Positions 39,037 through 47,529 of a stretch of DNA of 64,000 bases are shown here, in pieces (within the stretch, counting starts at the first letter, position 1; every line of letters begins with the position of its first letter). This DNA comes from a virus: the IMG/VR virus record IMGVR_UViG_3300037852_000415, positions 13,345-77,344 of that record; one strand, given 5' to 3'. The notes beneath the pieces are model-generated. The model ran no database searches, was not told the origin of the DNA, and saw only the letters and a program-made list of their open reading frames with translations. The translations under genes were made by a program, and so were the position numbers.

Positions 39037-39606
39037 GTGCTCGCCGCCGCCCTCTTTGCTGTCGGCGGAAGCCTGATCCTTGGTGCCATTGAGGTGTTCG
39101 CTCGGCTAGGCTTGGCGCAGACGCCTCCGACAACTGTCGGTGTGCACATTGATTGGGTACAGCTTCCGAGCGGTCAAGACGTCCAAGTTACTAAGGGCTA
39201 TGCCTACGCGGGCATCGTCAGTATCAAGAAGACTCGTACTAAAACAGACATAGCGGCCTTCCTGTTGAAGCGCGGACTGTCGATATCCGATTATGCCGAG
39301 CAAGGGCAGCGCCCCGATATCCCCGTCGACCCAGACCCGGACTACAAGACGGTCACGTTGATGACGGCGGTAGCCGTAGCCAGCGACGGAACGATCCCCT
39401 GGCAGATGCCCGCGCTGCTCTCAGGGAGAGACCACGCCATCATTGTATGGGCCGGCACGCCGAGCGGCTCTGGACTGCCGCCGGAACCGCCGGCTCCGCC
39501 TACTCCGGTGTGGCCGTATGTGGTAGGCGCCGTAGTCGTAGTGGGCTGCGGGTTGACTGTGTGGGAGGTGTATCGCCGAGAGACGTCGAAAAGACGAGGC
39601 GCCTAG
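39037..39606 (+). CDS. membrane protein (LGLAQ motif, C-terminal TM and basic tail)
   Basis: N- and C-terminal hydrophobic helices. Confidence 0.65.
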   Translation: MLAAALFAVGGSLILGAIEVFARLGLAQTPPTTVGVHIDWVQLPSGQDVQVTKGYAYAGIVSIKKTRTKTDIAAFLLKRGLSISDYAEQGQRPDIPVDPDPDYKTVTLMTAVAVASDGTIPWQMPALLSGRDHAIIVWAGTPSGSGLPPEPPAPPTPVWPYVVGAVVVVGCGLTVWEVYRRETSKRRGA

Positions 39607-39632
39607 CGCGAAGCTGCTTAGTCTGCGGAGCT

Positions 39633-39959
39633 ATGTACTACCTCCTCTGCGAAAAGCACCGCATCAACAACTACTTCAAGTCGCGCCCACCGAGCGGTTC
39701 CGGCGCTGTCGCTACCTTCTGGTTCTTTGACTGCACCAACCTGAAGAGCGTCGAGCACGCCTTCAACGATGCGCTCGCGTCAGGGAAGAAGTTCAGCGTC
39801 TTTCGCCCCTTCCCCATCGCGGGGAGCTGGTTCGGCTGCGACATCGTGGGGTACACCCACAGGCCCAATGTCGGCATACACTCTGATGAGGCGGAAGCTG
39901 AGCGCCGGGGCGATATGCTCCACGAGTGGATCGAGACGCGAGCGCTGCGCATGGTGTAG
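39633..39959 (+). CDS. hypothetical protein
   Basis: TAGTCT box 8 nt before ATG 39633. Confidence 0.5.
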   Translation: MYYLLCEKHRINNYFKSRPPSGSGAVATFWFFDCTNLKSVEHAFNDALASGKKFSVFRPFPIAGSWFGCDIVGYTHRPNVGIHSDEAEAERRGDMLHEWIETRALRMV

Positions 39960-39961
39960 AT

Positions 39962-40072
39962 ATGCTTGATGTTTTCGACACTATCCCGCCCGATGCGCAC
40001 GCTCTACTGGTGCTTGTCGCCGTCGGCATGTTGCTGTTCGGTGCTGGCCTCTTGGCGATGCGTAAGCGCTAA
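39962..40072 (+). CDS. 36-aa membrane peptide (below cutoff)
   Basis: MLDVFDTIPPDAHALLVLVAVGMLLFGAGLLAMRKR. Confidence 0.5.
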   Translation: MLDVFDTIPPDAHALLVLVAVGMLLFGAGLLAMRKR

Positions 40073-40132
40073 CGCAGTTGCGCACACGAGTACGCAGCGG
40101 TAACCTATCGTAGTCAAAAGGAGACTACCAAG

Positions 40133-40648
40133 ATGGGCTGCTGCTCCAACTGTGACAAAGGCCTGCCGTGCGCCGACGGTAATGGCGACCTGAACCCCGC
40201 TGTAGCTGCCGGTATCGCGGGCAGCGGTATGGGCGCTACCGCCATCGAGATGCAGGCCCTGCTAAAGTCTCGAGCGATGTCGCCGGCCCAGCGCGCGATG
40301 CAGGGCCACGTGCTGATTCAGCAGATGATGAGCGGTCGGCCGATCCGAGGTTTCGGCCAAGCCGGGGCCGTGCCCGCGAAGACGTGCTGCGGTGGCGGCA
40401 CCATTATCGACGCGAACGGCAACTGCGTCCCCGCCTGTGTGAGCTCGGTGGGTGGCGCCGCCGGCAGCGTCGCCGCTAGCATACCGTCGGTAAACGGCCT
40501 CTGCCCCCAAGGCTTCCAGCTCGCGCCCCAGGGCATCGCCGACTACTGGTGCCAGGCGTCGACTACGGCGAAGGTCGCTGTCGTTGCCGGCGGCGTCGGC
40601 GTCGTCGGCCTGGGCGCCTGGCTCTTGATGCGCAAGAAGAGGAAGTAG
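40133..40648 (+). CDS. Cys-rich tail-anchored virion protein (GMGA, GFGQ)
   Basis: AAGGAG RBS; TM then RKKRK. Confidence 0.7.
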   Translation: MGCCSNCDKGLPCADGNGDLNPAVAAGIAGSGMGATAIEMQALLKSRAMSPAQRAMQGHVLIQQMMSGRPIRGFGQAGAVPAKTCCGGGTIIDANGNCVPACVSSVGGAAGSVAASIPSVNGLCPQGFQLAPQGIADYWCQASTTAKVAVVAGGVGVVGLGAWLLMRKKRK

Positions 40649-41086
40649 ATGCCCCCCACCAACCAAGGGCGCGCGCTCGTCGCGCGCATGTACCGTGGGC
40701 TCGGTCAAGCCTCGAACGCGGCGCTGCCCCCGGGTACCGTAGCGAACCCCACCTACGACCCTAACGCCGCCGCCGGTACGCACAACGCGTTTACGTGGGT
40801 GTCACAAGTCAGTGGGCTCAACGACGGCGACTGTTCGCAGAGCGCAGTCATCGACCCCATCACCGGCCAGTGCGCGAATCTCTGCCCCGACAACTCTCGG
40901 CCAGCGAACGGCTGCCCGCCCGCGACAGGCATTCCGCTCTGGTGGGGCCTCCTCCCCATGTGGCAGAAGGTTGCCGTCGGCGCGGGCGGCGCGGCGGTGG
41001 TGCTCGGCGGCGGATACATGCTGCTTCACAAGAGTAAGCCCGCCGCGCGACACGCGAAACGCCGCGCTAAGCATCGCAGAAGGTAG
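40649..41086 (+). CDS. Cys-rich tail-anchored virion protein (RGLGQ)
   Basis: TM then a basic tail. Confidence 0.7.
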   Translation: MPPTNQGRALVARMYRGLGQASNAALPPGTVANPTYDPNAAAGTHNAFTWVSQVSGLNDGDCSQSAVIDPITGQCANLCPDNSRPANGCPPATGIPLWWGLLPMWQKVAVGAGGAAVVLGGGYMLLHKSKPAARHAKRRAKHRRR

Positions 41087-41089
41087 CAA

Positions 41090-41602
41090 GTGGATAGGCG
41101 CCTCGCTTGGGCACTTGGCGCAGTCGCGGTCGCAGGTGCGGCCGTCGGAGCGCTAATCTTAGCGAGCGGCAGCAAGCCATCTGCGCCGAGCGGCGGCGTC
41201 ACGCCGGCACCGGGCGGCGGCAATGGGGGCTCCGGTGTGAAACCCTCCTCCGACCCGTGGGGCGACCTGAAGACGCAGATTCAGATTCTCGACTTGAGCG
41301 CGAATAACCTCCGCGCCGACACGTTCGTCAATCACCCTACCGTGTGGGCGGTGTGGGTGGATGCGGGTACCGTCATGGACGACGCTAACAACCTGATGAC
41401 GAATCCCGCCGGGCAGCCGCTAAAGCCCCCGGCATCCGCGGCGGGCCTCGCGACGCTCAACACCGACGTCACGAAGCTCTTTCAAGATTCCGCCGCGGCA
41501 TCAACGGCTACATTGGTGCCTGCGTCGACGAAGGTGCTCGTCGCGGCTGTTGCGGCGGCGACGCTGGGCGTGTCGCGAGCCGCGTCTACCGCTGGTGTCT
41601 AA
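41090..41602 (+). CDS. N-terminally anchored membrane protein
   Basis: MDRRLAWALGAVAVAGAAVGALILA. Confidence 0.65.
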   Translation: MDRRLAWALGAVAVAGAAVGALILASGSKPSAPSGGVTPAPGGGNGGSGVKPSSDPWGDLKTQIQILDLSANNLRADTFVNHPTVWAVWVDAGTVMDDANNLMTNPAGQPLKPPASAAGLATLNTDVTKLFQDSAAASTATLVPASTKVLVAAVAAATLGVSRAASTAGV

Positions 41603-41610
41603 ACCGCGTC

Positions 41611-41645
41611 TTGCGTCTGGCTGAGGGCGTCTCTATGTTGAGACG
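41611..41645 (+). promoter_or_regulatory. promoter with a palindrome bracketing the -10 box
   Basis: TTGCGT-17-TATGTT; CGTCTC-TATGTT-GAGACG. Confidence 0.45.
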
Positions 41646-41933
41646 GTACCTAGAGTCGGCGACCGCTGAGTTGCGTCGCGCCGTCATGGGAGACGCGGCT
41701 TGAAGTCAGGATGAAGGGAGGTTAGGGTGTCAAAGCGAAAGGTGATGCGGGCGAAGCGGGTGACATGGGGAGGGGTAGACCCCGCTTCGACAGAGTACAG
41801 GCGACGGGTTTTGTTGGCGGCGTTTGAGGCGTTGTCGACCGCATTCGAGGGAGTGTCAGTGGAGCGGATCGAGCTTGTAGTCTCAAGACGGAAACCTGAA
41901 GTGAGGTGAATCCAAGGCGGGAGGTTGAGACGA

Positions 41934-42272
41934 ATGGGTTATACGATCTGGCCGGATGGCGTGGGCGGAGACGTGCTCCAGGAGATTCATCGGGAGCGGT
42001 TTCGACAAGAGGACTTGCAGCCCAAGGGAAAGTTTCCTTGGACGTGCGCGGCGCCGAGCGTGTCGGACGAAGCGAAGCTCGCGGTGCTGGCGGAGGAGTT
42101 TGGCGAGGTGGCTCGCGAGGTCACGGAGCAACTCATTGACCGTGGGCGACGGGTACGGGACGAGGACGAGATCGAGGCGCGGGCGCTCGCGGCATCTCGT
42201 CGGAAGATTCGGGAGGAGTTGATCCGGGTGGCCGCGGTGGCGGCGGCGTGGGCTGAATCGCTTACGAAGTGA
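41934..42272 (+). CDS. MazG-like NTP pyrophosphatase
   Basis: ER.RQ, LAEEFGEVARE, REELIRVAAVA.AW. Confidence 0.8.
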   Translation: MGYTIWPDGVGGDVLQEIHRERFRQEDLQPKGKFPWTCAAPSVSDEAKLAVLAEEFGEVAREVTEQLIDRGRRVRDEDEIEARALAASRRKIREELIRVAAVAAAWAESLTK

Positions 42273-42342
42273 ATTGGGCGAGACGGGCAGAGTACGTCGC
42301 CAAGTGTGAGGGCTGAGGTTCACTGAGTCCAAGGCGAGGAGG

Positions 42343-42705
42343 TTGAGAGGCGTGGGTGCGAAGACTTTCGAGATGCTGAAGGACGAGGCGCATTACGCGT
42401 GGCTCGTATGGTGTCCAGCGTGCAACGAGCCCCATCTCTTCGACGGCCGTTGGACGTTCAATGGCAATCATGAGCAGCCAAGTTTCCAAGCTTCGATGCT
42501 CGTACACGGGTTCCCGGACGAAAAGCCCTCACCGGAGCATCCGCGATGCCACTCGTTCCTTACGGATGGCGTGTGGAACTACTGCGCCGATTCGACGCAC
42601 GAGCATGCGGGCAAGTCGCTTCCGGCTCCAGATTGGGCCGATACACGATGGTCTCGCATGCGACCGGATGGCGTGGTGCCGGCACCGGACGGAGACGCGA
42701 CCTAG
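42343..42705 (+). CDS. DUF6527-like protein
   Basis: WCPAC..PH, WTFNG....PSF..S, CHSF..DG....C.DSTH. Confidence 0.7.
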   Translation: MRGVGAKTFEMLKDEAHYAWLVWCPACNEPHLFDGRWTFNGNHEQPSFQASMLVHGFPDEKPSPEHPRCHSFLTDGVWNYCADSTHEHAGKSLPAPDWADTRWSRMRPDGVVPAPDGDAT

Positions 42706-42729
42706 GGTTTCCAACAACAGAGGAGTGTT

Positions 42730-43140
42730 ATGGATAACGGAGACGTGAGTGGCGCGTTCGTGCGCAAGGCGTGGCTTCAACAGGTCAACATCGTCGGCTT
42801 CCAGCTGACCACCGAAGGCGTCTTCGCGCCTCTGGTAGCCGTCGAGCCCTCCGAAGACGAGAACGCGAAAGCCGCCGCCGCTATCCCGACGGGCCCGTAC
42901 TGGTTTTGGCACAGCGGCATGGGCGCTGTCTGCCTCCCCGGCCCTCAGGGCTTCATCGGCTTCAAGGCGCGAGACTTGAAGGAAGCGGGTTGGCGAATTG
43001 ATGAAGTCGAGCTCGCGCGGCTTTTGCCCCGAGTGCCGGGAAGCGGGCTGGCTTCCGGCGCTGGCGGAGACGTGAAAGCCGAAGCAGAAGCCGCGCGCCG
43101 CCGCGCGCTCATCGATAGGGGCCTCAAGGGCCGGCGATAA
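42730..43140 (+). CDS. hypothetical protein
   Basis: GAGGAG RBS. Confidence 0.55.
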   Translation: MDNGDVSGAFVRKAWLQQVNIVGFQLTTEGVFAPLVAVEPSEDENAKAAAAIPTGPYWFWHSGMGAVCLPGPQGFIGFKARDLKEAGWRIDEVELARLLPRVPGSGLASGAGGDVKAEAEAARRRALIDRGLKGRR

Positions 43141-43194
43141 GCGACGGCAGTGCGGCGGTAGCCTCAACCGTCGCCTGAGTGCTATGCTTGCCGC

Positions 43195-43650
43195 ATGGGA
43201 CGGCCCCCGAAAACACCTGAGGAGCATGCCGCACGTAACGCGTACAGACGAGCACACTACGCTGCGCACAAAGATGAGATAAACGCTCGGCGGCGCGCCC
43301 CTGAGGCACTTGAGCGATCGCGGGCCGCCGGCCGCGCGCGGTACGCTGCACACAGAGACGACCCCGGCTTCAAAGAAGAGAATAGGGCTAGGGCGCGTGC
43401 GTACGTGGGGGCGCACAAAGACGATCCCGAATTCATCCTAATCTGTTCTCGCTTGATGGCTGTGGGTGGTGGACGTGGAGGGCGCGGCAACAATACCGCT
43501 CACGTAGACCACGATCATGTTACCGGTGAAGTGCGCGGGCTCTTGTGCCACGCATGCAATATAGGCATCGGAGGGTTGAGAGACAGCATCGCGCTACTGA
43601 AGAACGCCGTCGCGTACCTAGAGAGCGGGCCATCATGCGTACTGGCGTAG
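43195..43650 (+). CDS. endonuclease VII domain protein, possibly degenerate
   Basis: HVDHDHVTGEVRGLLCHACNIGIG; first CxxC pair incomplete. Confidence 0.75.
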   Translation: MGRPPKTPEEHAARNAYRRAHYAAHKDEINARRRAPEALERSRAAGRARYAAHRDDPGFKEENRARARAYVGAHKDDPEFILICSRLMAVGGGRGGRGNNTAHVDHDHVTGEVRGLLCHACNIGIGGLRDSIALLKNAVAYLESGPSCVLA

Positions 43651-45281
43651 GAAGCGATTCGTTCAATCCTGGCGTCAACAGGATGCGCGCAGCCGGCGTG
43701 AAGGTCGACGTGCAACCTTACAGCGACGGCCCCGCGGGTGTCGGCCAGAGCCTCGACGTCATCGCCCAGAAGATTCGCGAAGGCGCTGCTGACAGTGACC
43801 TGCAGGGATGGAGTGCCGAGAAGCTTCGCGCCGCCGGGTTCGACGGGCGCGCCAAGACGCCGACGGTACAGCAGCTCTGCGAAGTTCTTCTGGCCGCCTA
43901 TCGGCAGGAAGTAATCTATGCCAGTGATCCGGCGCGCACCGAGCAGATCCAATCGCCCGCCGCGACATTGTGCTTACGCCCGGGGCTGTGCCTTCGACGT
44001 GGTGACTGCGACGACGGAGTCGTCGCTCTCGGCGCGGCCATTCTGTCGTACGCTGTGCCCGTGCGGGTTATAAAACAGCCATACGCTCAGCAAGAGCACG
44101 TATTGCTGGGCGTCATCGACGACAGCGGCACAGTCTTGTACGTCGATACCGCTAACAACCTGTATAAGGTAGGGCCTGGCGGTTCACCGGGGTGTCCGCC
44201 TAAGGTGCCTGGCGAAACCTATGTCGACCCCATGAATAGCGCCCCTGCCGGCCCCGCCGGCACCTCTGGCGCCCAGCTTATCACCCTCGGAGCCTCGCCC
44301 AAGATGCAATCTCAATCGCAGTCGTCTCAAGCCGTCTATAGGCACAACAGATGGTGGCGCCTCAGCGCCGGCTGCGGCGGCAACCTCGAAGTTCACGAAG
44401 GCGGCAACTGGTACAGAGTCGGCACCGGCCAGGCCCCCGCGGCGCCGAGCGACTTCGCAGCTCTGAAGGCGGCGCAGGATGCGCAGTGGAGCCAGGTGTC
44501 GGCGCAGATTCAAGCCTGCAGCTCTGGATTGACGGCATCTTCGCAGTCGGCGTTCGCCTCCGACTATGCCACGTGGCAAGCCTTTGCGGCGTCGACTACG
44601 GCGACGGCGGACGACTACACGCGCCTTCGCGCCTTCAACAGCATCCTTCAGGTGTGGCAGCTGAAGGCGCAGGTCTACTGCAACGCCGCATCGAACCCCG
44701 GCGGCGCCGTCGGCGTCGGCGCGATTCACGTGCCGGGCATCAACTGCAACATCGACGACTTGAAGGGGCAGAAGTTGCGCCTCCTCGGGCCCTGGACGCA
44801 GCTCGGAAACGACGTCGACAACTGCCCGCTCTGCAAAGACGACCGAAGCCTCTGCGCCGCGACGAGCGCGTATCCCAACGGGGCCCCGAACGGGATGACG
44901 CTGACGCAGAAAACCGACTTCCTCCAAGACTTCCTCACGTTTCAGAACTGGTACAACGCCGACTTCCCCATCTGCGACGCCGATGCCGAGATAAACCAGG
45001 GGCGCGATCTAGAGCAGCGCTACGACAGGTGGCGGAAGATTGTCACCCAATTCTGCACCGGCGCGAATCTGCCGGGGGTGCAGTCGCCTGACTTGCCCCC
45101 GCTCCGCAATGACGACCCCCGAAGCCCCAACTACGTACCCCCGGCCGGCCCCGGCGACATCGCAGCAAGCATCGCGAAGAGTGTCGCCGTCGTCGGCGTC
45201 GCAGCCGCCGCGATCTACGGTATGTACATCATCGCCCCGGCGGCGCGGAACCTCTTCGATAGAGTCACCAAGAAGAAGTAG
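43635..45281 (+). CDS. transglutaminase-like (Cys-His-Asp) enzyme fused to two repeated helical domains and a C-terminal TM
   Basis: GDCDD (Cys 44007), EHV (His 44097), YVD (Asp 44145); start ATG 43635. Confidence 0.8.
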   Translation: MRTGVGSDSFNPGVNRMRAAGVKVDVQPYSDGPAGVGQSLDVIAQKIREGAADSDLQGWSAEKLRAAGFDGRAKTPTVQQLCEVLLAAYRQEVIYASDPARTEQIQSPAATLCLRPGLCLRRGDCDDGVVALGAAILSYAVPVRVIKQPYAQQEHVLLGVIDDSGTVLYVDTANNLYKVGPGGSPGCPPKVPGETYVDPMNSAPAGPAGTSGAQLITLGASPKMQSQSQSSQAVYRHNRWWRLSAGCGGNLEVHEGGNWYRVGTGQAPAAPSDFAALKAAQDAQWSQVSAQIQACSSGLTASSQSAFASDYATWQAFAASTTATADDYTRLRAFNSILQVWQLKAQVYCNAASNPGGAVGVGAIHVPGINCNIDDLKGQKLRLLGPWTQLGNDVDNCPLCKDDRSLCAATSAYPNGAPNGMTLTQKTDFLQDFLTFQNWYNADFPICDADAEINQGRDLEQRYDRWRKIVTQFCTGANLPGVQSPDLPPLRNDDPRSPNYVPPAGPGDIAASIAKSVAVVGVAAAAIYGMYIIAPAARNLFDRVTKKK

Positions 45282-45288
45282 GTGCCTC

Positions 45289-45753
45289 TTGAAGCGCCTC
45301 ATTGCAAAGGGCACCGAGGTGCTCTTCGAGATGCACGACGGGCGCGACATCGAGCCGCGAAGTAGGTACGCTTTGCTGCACGACCCCGACGGCGTCGTCT
45401 GGGCCAAGTGCTCACTTTTGGTGATGCCTTTCGACAGAGGGGGCGCGCCGCTTTCGGATGACGACGCTGACAGCCGCGACTACTTCGGCGCCGCCTACGT
45501 GCGAAAAGTCGGCAGCGTCGACACGCCGCCTAGCGACTTGACGGAGTGGCAAGAGGTAGGGGCCGTGCGGCGCATCTATTACTACCGCGATGGTGTGAAG
45601 TACCCGGGTGACTTCAAGCACACTTTCGGCAAGCGCAGTATCGCCTCACTCTTCAGAAGCGGCGAGGCGGTACTCCACAAGCGCGGCAGCCTCTATCGCC
45701 TCGAGCTCCCCGACTGGTGCTCCGTCGACGACCGCGGTATCGTCGCTCCTTAG
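45289..45753 (+). CDS. hypothetical protein
   Basis: Probable TTG start after the preceding stop; I.Y.R.G...F.H.F motif. Confidence 0.55.
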   Translation: MKRLIAKGTEVLFEMHDGRDIEPRSRYALLHDPDGVVWAKCSLLVMPFDRGGAPLSDDDADSRDYFGAAYVRKVGSVDTPPSDLTEWQEVGAVRRIYYYRDGVKYPGDFKHTFGKRSIASLFRSGEAVLHKRGSLYRLELPDWCSVDDRGIVAP

Positions 45754-45808
45754 AGAAGTGCGCGTGGCACTTCGCGCGTAACGCGCTACGCTCTCTCTGC
45801 GTAAGCCG

Positions 45809-47476
45809 ATGTCTGACTACATCGACATCATGCAGCAGGAGACCGGAGACGACATGGCAGCCAGCCGACGCCGAAGCCGCCGCGCCAAAAGCGGCAAAAA
45901 GTCGAAGAATCGCGCGGCATTCGAGCGCGCCAGGCGCATCGCGAAGAAGCGCCCCGCTCCGAAGCGGCGCAGCGCACGCAGAGGCGCAAAAGAAGCTTCA
46001 CGCGCGAAAAGTCGTACCCGCCGCTTGACAAAAGCGCGTAGGGCAGTGCACACTTCCCGAAGTGCAGGGGAGTCTCGGGGAAAACGAAGGAACCGACGTC
46101 GCAAACAGCGAGTTTCCAGGGAGACCCCGTCAATGGCCCGTAAACGAAAGCGCAGCTGCAAGTACGGTAAGCTCAAGGTGAAGCGCGGGCGGCGCCGGTG
46201 TAAGAAGCCGGCGGCGGTGCACGCTCGCCGGAAGAGCGCGAAGCGCGTGGCGGCTGGCCGGAAGGCCGCCCGCACCCGCAAGCGCCGCGCCGGTCGGGGG
46301 AGCCCCTCCCACGGTATGCACTCTGCGTGGGAAGCTCCGAAGCGCAAGCGTAGCAAGAAGCGCGGCAAGAAGCGCAGCCGCGCTAGCTACAAGCGCAAGC
46401 GTCCGGGCCATCGCAAGCACAGCGTGAGGGGCTACTACCGCAAGAAGAGCCGCGGTAGCCGCAAGCGCGTCTACGTCAGGGGCCATCGGAGCCATGAGGC
46501 CCCGAAGCGTCGTCGACGCCGCCGGCATCACGCCGCCGCAAAGCGCCACTCGCGTCGCCACTACCACCGTCGCTCTCGGGCGATGGAGAACCCCATCTCC
46601 GTGATGGACGGCGTGGTCGGCGGCGTTTGCGGCCTCATCGGCTACGGCGCGGCTGAAGTCGTGGACCGCCTCCTCGCCACCCACGCCCTCACCGACACGA
46701 ACACCAAGGACGCGAACGGGGTGGAACTCTACACCGACCCCGCCGACTCGAGCGGTCACTGGAATGCCACCTACGTGCTCGGGCCCATGAGCCTCGGCAG
46801 GTGGGCGGCAGGCCTCGGCATCGCAATCGTCCCGCTCTTGGCTGGCGGGATGATCAAGAAGCCTGCGCTGCGCTCCTGCGTGCAGTTCTTCGGCTTCGGC
46901 GCGTTGATTCGCACCGGCGGAAAGGGCCTCACGGATCTGCTCGCCTACGTCTCGCGCAAAACCGCGGTCGGCCAGCGCCTCTTCATCCCCGAAGACAGCG
47001 CCCAGTCCGCGCTCAGCGCCGGCAAGTACGACACGACGCTCCCGGGCATCGCGCCCGGACCTACCGGCCTCGCGGGGCTTCCCCCCGCCGGCTGCGGGTG
47101 CGTCAACTGCAAGACGGGCGTCGGCGCTTGCTGCGGCAAGACGACCATCGCTCAGCTTCAGCAGGGCACCATCCAGCGCGCCACGGGGCAGCCCCAGACG
47201 GGCTCTGTCGCCAACCCCACCGTCAACACCGGCGAGACGGTAGGCACTCCGGCTCAGCAGCCTCCGGGCGGCGCGAACCAGGGCGGCACCCCTGTCGGCG
47301 TCGCCAATCCGCCCTCGCCGTCGCCAGTCGGCGTCGTCTTCGGTGGCGGTGGCATCGTGCCCTCTACTTCACCTGGACCCCTCCGCGGGGCCCCGCTTGG
47401 CTCGGGTGCAGGCCGCTCCCCGGCAATGCCCGTCCTTTACAACCCCAACATTCGGCGCATGGCCGAAGGAAACTAG
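45809..47476 (+). CDS. protamine-like basic core/membrane protein
   Basis: About 250 aa R/K/H-rich N-terminal part, then hydrophobic segments and a P/G-rich tail; directly precedes the capsid candidate. Confidence 0.75.
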   Translation: MSDYIDIMQQETGDDMAASRRRSRRAKSGKKSKNRAAFERARRIAKKRPAPKRRSARRGAKEASRAKSRTRRLTKARRAVHTSRSAGESRGKRRNRRRKQRVSRETPSMARKRKRSCKYGKLKVKRGRRRCKKPAAVHARRKSAKRVAAGRKAARTRKRRAGRGSPSHGMHSAWEAPKRKRSKKRGKKRSRASYKRKRPGHRKHSVRGYYRKKSRGSRKRVYVRGHRSHEAPKRRRRRRHHAAAKRHSRRHYHRRSRAMENPISVMDGVVGGVCGLIGYGAAEVVDRLLATHALTDTNTKDANGVELYTDPADSSGHWNATYVLGPMSLGRWAAGLGIAIVPLLAGGMIKKPALRSCVQFFGFGALIRTGGKGLTDLLAYVSRKTAVGQRLFIPEDSAQSALSAGKYDTTLPGIAPGPTGLAGLPPAGCGCVNCKTGVGACCGKTTIAQLQQGTIQRATGQPQTGSVANPTVNTGETVGTPAQQPPGGANQGGTPVGVANPPSPSPVGVVFGGGGIVPSTSPGPLRGAPLGSGAGRSPAMPVLYNPNIRRMAEGN

Positions 47477-47529
47477 CTCAAGGGGTGGTGCCCGCAGGGA
47501 CACCCTGAGAATCTAGGAAGGCAAACATC

